From: Candidatus Altimarinota bacterium
Lineage (GTDB): Bacteria; Patescibacteriota; Gracilibacteria; UBA1369
Direction of reading: 5' to 3'
Length of the DNA: 32,000 bases
Assembly (NCBI GenBank): GCA_041659405.1
Contig: JBAZYK010000007.1
Span: 57,126 to 89,125, forward strand
Under the pieces are notes generated by a model, which had not been told where the DNA came from, searched no databases, and was given only the letters and a program-made list of their open reading frames with translations. Below, in pieces: positions 17,569 through 25,605 of this stretch. Within the stretch, counting starts at the first letter, position 1. Every line of letters begins with the position of its first letter. The translations under genes and the position numbers were made by a program.

Positions 17569-18795
17569 CTATCGGCAAAGTTCCACGATAAATTTTTCCA
17601 GGGTGAGTCTGAATTCGCTGATGTCGCCGGCAGTCATTTTAATTTTGCCGCTTTTAAAATCGGTATCAATCTTCAAAAGTAGACGGTAAATTGCGTCCAG
17701 TTTTTGGGTCGTGAAATTTCTGCATTGGCCCATTGAAGCTTCAATCACATAAGGGTTCTCTTTCATTTTGGCGGCGATTGCGTTTTTGTTCATTTTTCGC
17801 TTCAGGCAATCGTCAATCTGGATCAGAATTCTGAATTGTCTTATAATCATGGCAAAGATCTTCATGATTGGTTCTCCGCCTTCAAGCAGGGTATAAAAAG
17901 TTCGGAGCGATTCTTTGGCTTTCTTTTGGCCGATGTAGTCGGTGAATTTAAAAATCGAAACGGAAAGATTTGGGTTGGCCAGTTTTTGAATGGCTTCGGC
18001 GGTGATGGCGGCGGGAGCGGTGGCAGATGCGAAAGAAGCACTGTGTGCTGGCGTTGCGGCAACTGTGAAACTCGCGTTCGCCGGGGGCGCGGGAGCCAAG
18101 TTCGCGGAGGTTGCCGAATTCGCTGATGGCGTGGGCGCTGAGTTGTCACTCCCGCAGTACAGCACCAATTTTTCAACTTCCTGTTTCATTTGCCATAAAT
18201 TTGGCCCAACGATTTCGGCTAATAGCTGCGCTTCTTTAAGGCCGATGGTTACTTGTGGGCGTGCCTGCGTTTGCACCAGCGAAGGTTGGTTTTGGTTTGC
18301 GCTACCTTGCGCTTGTGCCTGCCCATCTTGCGCATGGCCATGCGACTGTCCAAACTTTGCTGATTTTTGCGCGACTTCTTTTTGGATCCATTGAGTCAGC
18401 CTGGCTCCAACTAAAAAATTAAAGTTTTCAACTTGGGCAACTTTTTTGAGTTTTTTATAAAGGGTCATGCGGGCGTCCGGCTTTTTTTCTTCAATAAAAA
18501 CCAAAATATTATGATCGGGAATATTCGCCAATTTTTCGGCAACGGCCTTTTTGTTTTCATCTTCGCCTTCATCCAAAAAATTATTTACAATTGTGAGTTT
18601 TTTCTCGCTTAAAAAGGGGACTGAGTTCAGGACTTCATTAAGCTGGGCGGCCGTCAAATCTCCGCCATCCAAAATATTAATGTTGATATCGCCATATTTT
18701 TTTTCAAACTGATCCCGCCAATGCTTACTTTTTTGGTAAGCGGAATAGGTGTCTTCGCCACAGAAAAGGAAAATGTTTGAAGGAGTTTGGGGCAT
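17569..18795 (-). CDS. holA: DNA polymerase III subunit delta (start placed at internal ATG 18795)
   Basis: NIFLFCGEDTYSAYQKSKHWRDQFEKKYG...LNSVPFLSEKKLTIVNNFL...LWQMKQEVEKLVLY...LSVSIFKFTDYIGQKKAKESLRTFYTLLEGGEPIMKIFAMIIRQFRILIQI. Confidence 0.85.
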   Translation of the reverse strand: MPQTPSNIFLFCGEDTYSAYQKSKHWRDQFEKKYGDININILDGGDLTAAQLNEVLNSVPFLSEKKLTIVNNFLDEGEDENKKAVAEKLANIPDHNILVFIEEKKPDARMTLYKKLKKVAQVENFNFLVGARLTQWIQKEVAQKSAKFGQSHGHAQDGQAQAQGSANQNQPSLVQTQARPQVTIGLKEAQLLAEIVGPNLWQMKQEVEKLVLYCGSDNSAPTPSANSATSANLAPAPPANASFTVAATPAHSASFASATAPAAITAEAIQKLANPNLSVSIFKFTDYIGQKKAKESLRTFYTLLEGGEPIMKIFAMIIRQFRILIQIDDCLKRKMNKNAIAAKMKENPYVIEASMGQCRNFTTQKLDAIYRLLLKIDTDFKSGKIKMTAGDISEFRLTLEKFIVELCR

Positions 18796-19053
18796 GTTTG
18801 AGTGGTAGGATTTGTGATTTGTTATTTTTCGGGCTGCTGCGACGTTTTGCTTGTTGCGCTTGTGCGCGCGGCGTTGTGCGTTGTTGTGCATGTCGCTCGC
18901 TTGCGTGGGCAAGGCGTTTTGCGTAAGCTTGCACGGGCATTGTTGCGCCTTGGTGCTCGCCTGTATGTTGCTGCATGAATGTAGCACAAAGAAATTTTTG
19001 CGCCAACGGACATTGTGTGGCAAAAATTGTGCAATCACGACCGCTTACGTGGC

Positions 19054-20421
19054 TTAGTGTACCCCTTCCATCGATTTTTTTCTAAACCAACTCACCATTT
19101 GATCAACTTTAAATTTCGGCGCCCGCTCGTCCGCCCGCAACTGTAATTTCCAGTTTTGCACACCGGTTTGCGCATCTATCGGTTTCATTTCCTCATTTTT
19201 TATCAGCCCATGGTGAGCAAGTTGATGGTGTATTTTGCATACTGGCACAATGTTTTTGTGATCATGTTCTAGCGAAAATCTTTTGGTATGATGCTTGTTT
19301 TCGGCTGGCTTGTTGCAGCCGGGGTATCCACACATTTCATTATATTCAACTTTAAGTTGTCGCTGAGTTTCGATTGAAATGTAGTGCGTTATCTTTTTTT
19401 GCGCCTGCGGTGATTCGTGTTCATTGGATTGTGATGCTTGTTGCGATTGTTGCGTGAGATTAAGTTCTGGTTTCAACTTTACTTGAATACTTTTATTGTT
19501 CAGGATGGGTGTTTTTTGTTTTGTCGATGCCGATGCTGGTGCTGGTGCTGGTGCACTGTTACTCTTTGCTGGCATTTCAGTTCTTTCTTTCGCCATTTTC
19601 AAAAACTCTTCCATTACGTCTTCCCAGTTAAGCGCTTTCTTCTGCTGTTTCTCCAATTTAAACTTAAATAGTCTAAGTTTCCCTTCAATCTCCGGTCGCA
19701 CAAAAATTGTGATGCTTGCTTTTTGAAAATTTCCTGACATATTCGCGGCTTCGTTGACGAAGCCCTGAATTAAGGCTTGCTGTTGCGGAGTATTTGACTT
19801 GGATTCAAAAATATTTTGTTGTAACTCTTGCCCATTTTGCATTGTTTTTTCCAAAATAGAGTTTGGTTCGCACTTGGCTTGTGGACTCATAGCCTTCAAC
19901 ATCTCCTGATTTCGAATTTCACGGACAAATGTTTGTAAGGTAACCAGGCTCATACTTTTCAATTTATCAACCCAAAAATCCTGTGTTTCTGGCTCTACAA
20001 TGTTGGCTACAATTTCCAATTTGGCCCATCCACATTCAAGCATGAGTGCCATTAACTTTGGCTTATCTTCAAGCTTTTGTGCGACATTCAAAATTCTATT
20101 CACGATTTCAAAACCCATGCCGGCCAACTTTGCCGCAAATTCGCCTATGGAATGAAAGCCCCAATCACGACAAATGCATCTTTTGTTCACTTCAATCAAA
20201 TAAACTGCGAATTGTCGCTGTAATTTGCGAATATTTGCTCCGCAGTTCTGGCACAAGTGTAGCAATTCTTTATTGGAAAGTTTTTTGACCTCGCTCAATC
20301 CTGTATTGGAAAGTTGCGCGCTTTCGCCTTGTTGTGCGATTTTGTTTTGTCCTCCAGTTGAGACTTGTTCAGATTTTTGTGATGTCTGATTTTGTCCTGA
20401 TTGTGTTTGAAAATTGGTCAT
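19054..20421 (-). CDS. HNH endonuclease domain protein of unknown role
   Basis: C-terminal CGYPGCNKPAENKHHTKRFSLEHDHKNIVPVCKIHHQLAHHG zinc-coordinated HNH-like motif; helical N-terminal region; Gln/Ala-rich linkers. Confidence 0.8.
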   Translation of the reverse strand: MTNFQTQSGQNQTSQKSEQVSTGGQNKIAQQGESAQLSNTGLSEVKKLSNKELLHLCQNCGANIRKLQRQFAVYLIEVNKRCICRDWGFHSIGEFAAKLAGMGFEIVNRILNVAQKLEDKPKLMALMLECGWAKLEIVANIVEPETQDFWVDKLKSMSLVTLQTFVREIRNQEMLKAMSPQAKCEPNSILEKTMQNGQELQQNIFESKSNTPQQQALIQGFVNEAANMSGNFQKASITIFVRPEIEGKLRLFKFKLEKQQKKALNWEDVMEEFLKMAKERTEMPAKSNSAPAPAPASASTKQKTPILNNKSIQVKLKPELNLTQQSQQASQSNEHESPQAQKKITHYISIETQRQLKVEYNEMCGYPGCNKPAENKHHTKRFSLEHDHKNIVPVCKIHHQLAHHGLIKNEEMKPIDAQTGVQNWKLQLRADERAPKFKVDQMVSWFRKKSMEGVH

Positions 20422-20460
20422 ATTTATTTTGGTTATTGGATGCGGGAATTTGACTGTTTG

Positions 20461-20489
20461 ATATTAGAATCTTGTTCCTCTAAAGCCAA
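20461..20489 (-). promoter_or_regulatory. Candidate sigma70-type promoter for the HNH gene
   Basis: Minus strand: TTGGCT (20484-20489), 17-nt spacer, TAATAT (20461-20466), ~40 nt upstream of the ATG at 20421. Confidence 0.5.
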
Positions 20490-20543
20490 AAAATCCATAC
20501 TAAGTTTCTAAATTCTGATGACGAAAATGGCTAATGTTTTATG

Positions 20544-20561
20544 GGTGAGTGTATGCTCACC
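20544..20561. other. Intergenic inverted repeat
   Basis: GGTGAG-TGTATG-CTCACC perfect 6-bp arms, extendable by G.T, T-A and A-T pairs. No T-tract on either side, so not an intrinsic terminator. Confidence 0.6.
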
Positions 20562-20598
20562 TATGGAGGGGTTTAATTGGCGATGGGCGAAAATTGGA

Positions 20599-20721
20599 AG
20601 AAACCTAATGGACAATTGGGAGGCATGGAGATTGTTTCGTTGCTGATGTTTTGTGGTTGAGAAACTTGATGGATAATGGAGAGGCGTGCTGGATTGTTTC
20701 GTTGCTGATGTTTTGTGATTG
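20599..20721. repeat. Two adjacent ~61-62 bp imperfect tandem repeats
   Basis: Copy 1 (20599-20659) AGAAACCTAATGGACAATTGGGAGGCATGGAG+ATTGTTTCGTTGCTGATGTTTTGTGGTTG; copy 2 (20660-20721) AGAAACTTGATGGATAATGGAGAGGCGTGCTGG+ATTGTTTCGTTGCTGATGTTTTGTGATTG. The final 29 bp differ at one position. Confidence 0.85.
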
Positions 20722-20746
20722 GAGGTTTGCATTTGATTGTGTTAAC

Positions 20747-20771
20747 AAAAAGCCCCCAATTTCTTGGAGGC
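20747..20771 (-). terminator. Rho-independent terminator downstream of the 1506-aa gene
   Basis: Minus strand GCCTCCAA-GAAA-TTGGGGGC-TTTTT: 8-bp stem with one G.T pair, GAAA tetraloop, T-tract. Confidence 0.75.
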
Positions 20772-20890
20772 CGTTTGAAGTTTGCCCACTGGGGGTAGTT
20801 CGTGTTGGCTTGTGGATGAGTGTGTTTGTGCGCCTCTGTTGCTGTCTGCACTTTGTGTGCGATGCGCTTGCCCACTTTCGTTTGAGCAAC

Positions 20891-23800
20891 CTATCTCGCC
20901 GTAATTTCGGATTTCACGTCGACCAAATCTTGCAGACCTGGAGGAGTGTTGATGAAAATTCTTGCATCAGTGCGGAGGACGACGCTGCCTTCATTCAAAG
21001 CCGGATCGCCGGAGAATACACGCATCTTAAGTAATGGCTGAATGTCACCATAAACCGAGCCTTTAACTGTTAATTGAACTTTAGATTGTTCACCTGGGAG
21101 GCCCTTTTTGCTGCCGGAGATGAGTTGGCCTTTTGGCTGTGTTTTAATTACGGTATTGCCCTGAACAAAGATTACCGCGTCGATCTCTTTAACATTTGGA
21201 GAAATATAAACGTTTCCGTTCAAAACTACGAATGCAAGAGCGGCGGTGTCACGTGGGCTGCAATAACTTTTGTTGCAAACTCCTCCAATAATAATATCAT
21301 TGGTAATGTATAGATCGTGACCATCGACAATGAAAGTTTTGGCACCCTCACCGTCTTGTGTGAATTTATTTGTTCCGCTTTGTCCAACATAAAGGTCGCT
21401 CTTTGCTCTGCGATAAACGCCATCAATGCCGAAGACGTCTTTTAGGTCATTTGCGGACTTAAGTTCTTGACCTTTGGCCTTACCGATGTTGCTGCCTTCA
21501 GCGCTGTCCAAATTCGCATCCCATCGCGCAATACGTTTGATATTTTCTTTCATAGTATTGGTGATGACTCCTTTATCCCAATTTTTGCCTGTGGTTGTGT
21601 TTAGTTTGATTTCGCAAACCTGGCTGGAAAGGTTTCCATTTTGGGCGTAAAGGTTTTGAAGTTCGGCATTGTCGTTGTCAGCTCCGCCTTGGCAAACTTC
21701 ATGGTTAATAGTTACGGTTTTTCCTTCACCAGTTTTTGGAATAACTGGTGTTGGTGGCGTGATCGTGCGGATAATAATACCCGTTGTGGATTTATATGGA
21801 GAACATTTATTAATGTTAATGCCATAATTCATGTCGGTTTCCAGATAAATATCACCGGAAGCACGGCTTAGAATATACTGACAGAAGATTTGAACGGTTG
21901 CTTCATTGCTTGTGATTGGCAATTGTCCAAAATTGAAATTATCAACCCATGCGCTGGTAATTTCAGTTGTGTTTACATATTTTTCTTCACAGAATCCCAA
22001 TAGACAGCCTGCATCATTGATTTTTGTTTCATCGATTAGTCCATCATAAGTAATGGTAACTTGGTTGCTGACTTTTACAAGATTTAAACCTACTGTTGAG
22101 CCAATATCTCCATTATAACAATGCTCGATAATGTTTTTATCGCATTCAAAAAGTTGAGATCCGTTTTCGACAACTTTCATGTTGTTATGGTATGAAATGT
22201 GTCCTCCGTCAGTGTTGCCGTCTAGTCCCGGACGTAATTCAGCATTGAATCCATTTCCTGCGATCTTATCAAGCAGAACGGCACTGGTGTTTGGAGAACC
22301 CGGAGTGAAAATTAAACGGTAGTTAACAAGGTTGCCAGCTGGATAAACATCCAAAGGCGCTATTGTTAAAGTCTTTTTAAATCCGCTGACGTTTCCAAGA
22401 GCGGCAAGTCCTTTAACTTCTTTTGTAATTGTTGGAGGAACCGGAGGAGTTGGAGGAACCGGAGGCAGAGGAGTAACGTTTGCGGTACAACTTGTTCCTG
22501 GAATATTGGCTGTTAACGCTTCCCCTGGATTAGCAGTAGTACAAGCACTTCCGGTTGGGGTACCATTACTCCATACTACTTGATTGGCAAAAGTTGGAGG
22601 TGTGACATTGGCACAATAAGTATTGCTATTGGGTTGTTGAACCAGAGTCATGCTTTGGCAAACTCCTTGTGGAGGAGCTTGTGGAACAGTAAAGTTGGCT
22701 TTACAAATATCGCCAACCGGAATTTTTGGGTCGCTTTCAATAACTATTGCGGTAACGGTTCCACCTGTTGCAGCAACGTAAGTATATTGGCAAGTTGCTG
22801 GAGCGGCGAAAGTTACACTCTTGTTTGGTTGTTGACTTGCAACGGTTGGAGCGGCTGCTGCACATTCGTTTGGTGCGCCTGGAACCGCCTGTAAATAACC
22901 ACCGCCACTTTTGCTCCATTGTATCTGAGTTGGGTTTGGAGCTATTTGATTGGTTGGACTTACGCTTAAGATATAGCTTTGTCCATCCACGAAATTATTG
23001 TTAAATTGTGCAACCGGAGTTCCATTTACTGCCAGGTTCAAAGCTGTACAAACATTTGGTGCAGGTTTGCCCGGAGGAGAAATCTGAATTGTATCCGCAC
23101 ATTGATTAACTTTAAATCCATCGTTTTTGTCGTAACCGAAAACGGTGATGGAAGTGTTGTCAGTCTGGCTTACTCCCGTGAAAGTTGTTTTGTCATTGTC
23201 GTGAGTTACAGTAAGAGGATTAGCAGGTCCTAAAACTTTTTTGCTAAGTGCATCAATGGCTGTAAATTGGCCTGTTTTGACGCTGTTTACAGCGCCGGCC
23301 CAATCATAATTCAAATTAAGTCCGGCGTCTTTATCCACAACCAGATACAAATCTTTTAATGGATAGTTTTTCAGATCATCGGAACTCAATGAATCAGGAT
23401 ATTGCTTGCCGTTGCCATAAATCTGCAGACTGTGGCAAATAGGAAGTGGTTTTGCCTGTGGTTTGATTACCACTTTACAGGAAGGAACCTGATATTTGGC
23501 GTCGGTTGGCATGATTGTGACTGTAGTATTTGCGCCTCCACTTGTATAAGAAACCTTGGCGGTTCCGTTTACAGTTGAAGCGTTTACAGGAACACCTTTG
23601 CCGTCTTTTCCGGCATCAAATAAACCTTTTGCTTTGCCATTTTCCAAGGCGTTGAAGTTTACTTTGCCTGTGTAAGTTACCGCTTTACCATTTTGATCCT
23701 GAAGATTTACAGTCGCGGTAAAATTAGTTTTTTTGGTAGCATCAAAAGGAGTCGGCGTAAAATCCACCGTGATGTTTTTACAAGTAATTGACGGTTGTTT

Positions 23801-25411
23801 TGGTGGTGGAATAGGCAGTGCAGGGATCACAAGTGAAGCCTTACATTTGCTAAGATCAATAGGTTGCAGGTTATAGGCAGAAGAAATAGCATCAACTGTG
23901 ATCAAGGTTGGAAGTGCTCCTGTGCTACCTGTGTAATAGGTATCAGTATCATCAACTGGATAACCAAGAGCTTGAGAGAAATTGTCCACATCGGTATATG
24001 GTCGGCCGGAATCTTTAGAAGTTGCGCTATCGGCAAAGAAACCGAATGGATCAAGAGTTAATTTGTTTGGATCCACAACGTTGTTTAGAACAGGAGTGTT
24101 TTGCTGAACGAGTGCGTTTGCCGGGGCAAGATTAGCATTCGCCTTTCCCGGGATTTGCGCAGGGTTTGGGCTTCCGGCTAAAGCCAAGAAATTGTTGGAT
24201 AAAAGATTGTTTTGAAACGGGTTGCCGTTCAAATTTACGTTTGCCGGACTAAATGGGTTTCCTTTGGATTCTTGAGCATTCCAAGTGTAATCAAGATCAA
24301 CTTTTTTGCCGGCTGGAGTGAAAGTCGGTTTTACATTGAAAGTAACCGGTTTTCCAGCAACCCAAGAACTTGGAGTGATGGTAAGGTCAACGCAGGCGAT
24401 GGGTTGGACTACAGGGGCGGGGGTTTTCCAGACTGTTCCAACTACACCGATTCTAAACCAATAGTATTCTTTTCCTTTTGAACTTGGATCCCATTGATCT
24501 TTTACCAGTACGTGAGTTTGTTCAACTCCTGCAACATTTGAAGCTGGAGTTGTACACCATTGACCATCGTAATTTGGCACGCTGTTTGGGACACCATCAT
24601 TGGCGCATAGTGGAGGAACGTTGTTTAAAACGTCTTGTTTGGAAACGGTACTCTTCTTAATTGCTAAATGTCTTATTAAAGCTCTTGAGGTTGTTGTGGC
24701 ACTCCATACTGTTTTAGCTTGATTTCCCAGGCTACTTTTTACAGTCATTTTTACTCCTGTTCCATAAAATCCATGAACTGTTGGTAAACCTGGATTTGTT
24801 CCCCAAAAATGTGGTCTTCCCTTTGAATCATTTGCAAATTTCCATGTAACGACTCCGGTATTTTTATCAAAAGTAATTTTTGTTCCTCCCCAAATATTAA
24901 TGTCTGATTTTGTTACACAACCTGGTGTTTCATAGATTTTATTATTTTGATCAGGTGTTAAACAAACTATTTGATTTAAATCAGTATTTGTTAATGCATC
25001 TTGTTCAAGAATTATCTGCATACTATCCATGTAACCCATGTAGTAAAAATCATCTTCCAAATCGGCATTGTGATAAATGTGAGTATGGATAGCTTGTGGA
25101 ACTTTAATGTTATCGATTCCAGGCTCATTTTTTAACTGATTATCATTATAAACCGGAGGTTGTGGCTTATATTGATTTGGATATTCAATATGGGAATAAC
25201 AAGCAGGGTTGTTGGTTCCTTCCATAAGATTGAACCATTTTGTATCGTATGGACTGGCTACCTGTCCGCTGGGATTATATGGGTATACTCCCAATGAACA
25301 TGCACTATACGATAAGCTGGTATTAACTGCAGCGTTAGCGGTTTGCATGGTGAGTAAAAGCCCTAAGAGAGCTGATATAACTCCAATTTTTCTAAATTTT
25401 ACATTGAACAT
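20891..25411 (-). CDS. Giant secreted modular protein (1506 aa)
   Basis: N-terminal signal peptide (MFNVKFRKIGVISALLGLLLTMQTANA|A), several Ig-like modules bounded by cysteines and Pro-rich linkers, and a C-terminal beta-rich block (GNVYISPNVKEIDAVIFVQGNTVIKT). Confidence 0.9.
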   Translation of the reverse strand: MFNVKFRKIGVISALLGLLLTMQTANAAVNTSLSYSACSLGVYPYNPSGQVASPYDTKWFNLMEGTNNPACYSHIEYPNQYKPQPPVYNDNQLKNEPGIDNIKVPQAIHTHIYHNADLEDDFYYMGYMDSMQIILEQDALTNTDLNQIVCLTPDQNNKIYETPGCVTKSDINIWGGTKITFDKNTGVVTWKFANDSKGRPHFWGTNPGLPTVHGFYGTGVKMTVKSSLGNQAKTVWSATTTSRALIRHLAIKKSTVSKQDVLNNVPPLCANDGVPNSVPNYDGQWCTTPASNVAGVEQTHVLVKDQWDPSSKGKEYYWFRIGVVGTVWKTPAPVVQPIACVDLTITPSSWVAGKPVTFNVKPTFTPAGKKVDLDYTWNAQESKGNPFSPANVNLNGNPFQNNLLSNNFLALAGSPNPAQIPGKANANLAPANALVQQNTPVLNNVVDPNKLTLDPFGFFADSATSKDSGRPYTDVDNFSQALGYPVDDTDTYYTGSTGALPTLITVDAISSAYNLQPIDLSKCKASLVIPALPIPPPKQPSITCKNITVDFTPTPFDATKKTNFTATVNLQDQNGKAVTYTGKVNFNALENGKAKGLFDAGKDGKGVPVNASTVNGTAKVSYTSGGANTTVTIMPTDAKYQVPSCKVVIKPQAKPLPICHSLQIYGNGKQYPDSLSSDDLKNYPLKDLYLVVDKDAGLNLNYDWAGAVNSVKTGQFTAIDALSKKVLGPANPLTVTHDNDKTTFTGVSQTDNTSITVFGYDKNDGFKVNQCADTIQISPPGKPAPNVCTALNLAVNGTPVAQFNNNFVDGQSYILSVSPTNQIAPNPTQIQWSKSGGGYLQAVPGAPNECAAAAPTVASQQPNKSVTFAAPATCQYTYVAATGGTVTAIVIESDPKIPVGDICKANFTVPQAPPQGVCQSMTLVQQPNSNTYCANVTPPTFANQVVWSNGTPTGSACTTANPGEALTANIPGTSCTANVTPLPPVPPTPPVPPTITKEVKGLAALGNVSGFKKTLTIAPLDVYPAGNLVNYRLIFTPGSPNTSAVLLDKIAGNGFNAELRPGLDGNTDGGHISYHNNMKVVENGSQLFECDKNIIEHCYNGDIGSTVGLNLVKVSNQVTITYDGLIDETKINDAGCLLGFCEEKYVNTTEITSAWVDNFNFGQLPITSNEATVQIFCQYILSRASGDIYLETDMNYGININKCSPYKSTTGIIIRTITPPTPVIPKTGEGKTVTINHEVCQGGADNDNAELQNLYAQNGNLSSQVCEIKLNTTTGKNWDKGVITNTMKENIKRIARWDANLDSAEGSNIGKAKGQELKSANDLKDVFGIDGVYRRAKSDLYVGQSGTNKFTQDGEGAKTFIVDGHDLYITNDIIIGGVCNKSYCSPRDTAALAFVVLNGNVYISPNVKEIDAVIFVQGNTVIKTQPKGQLISGSKKGLPGEQSKVQLTVKGSVYGDIQPLLKMRVFSGDPALNEGSVVLRTDARIFINTPPGLQDLVDVKSEITAR

Positions 25412-25438
25412 TTTTGTGTTGGGTTAATTTTTATTTTT

Positions 25439-25588
25439 TTATTCATGGGAAATTTCCGTCTGCGCGTTTGTACTTGGTGAAATATTACTAGTACTGTTGT
25501 TTGTGTTTACCAGTAATTTAAAACCAATGATTGCAATGATGACGATTAGCGCAACTAGAAGTAATATTTTATAGTTTATTTTTTTCAT
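25439..25588 (-). CDS. Small single-pass membrane protein (49 aa), not in the supplied ORF track
   Basis: Hand translation: MKKINYKILLLVALIVIIAIIGFKLLVNTNNSTSNISPSTNAQTEISHE*. Lies between the two giant genes, 17 nt after the 1867-aa gene and 27 nt before the 1506-aa gene. Confidence 0.65.
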   Translation of the reverse strand: MKKINYKILLLVALIVIIAIIGFKLLVNTNNSTSNISPSTNAQTEISHE

Positions 25589-25605
25589 AAATTTATTAAA
25601 TTAGA

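Noticed and set aside
18796-19038. 81-aa N-terminal extension of HolA in the ORF track
   Set aside because: The domain begins at MPQTPSNIFLFCGEDTY (ATG at 18795). The upstream frame is probably open only because the spacer is relatively GC-rich.
20573-20875. 100-aa minus-strand ORF and overlapping ones (KHQQRNN... repeats)
   Set aside because: They are translations of the 61-62 bp tandem repeats and the terminator region, with mutually overlapping frames and no coding signal.
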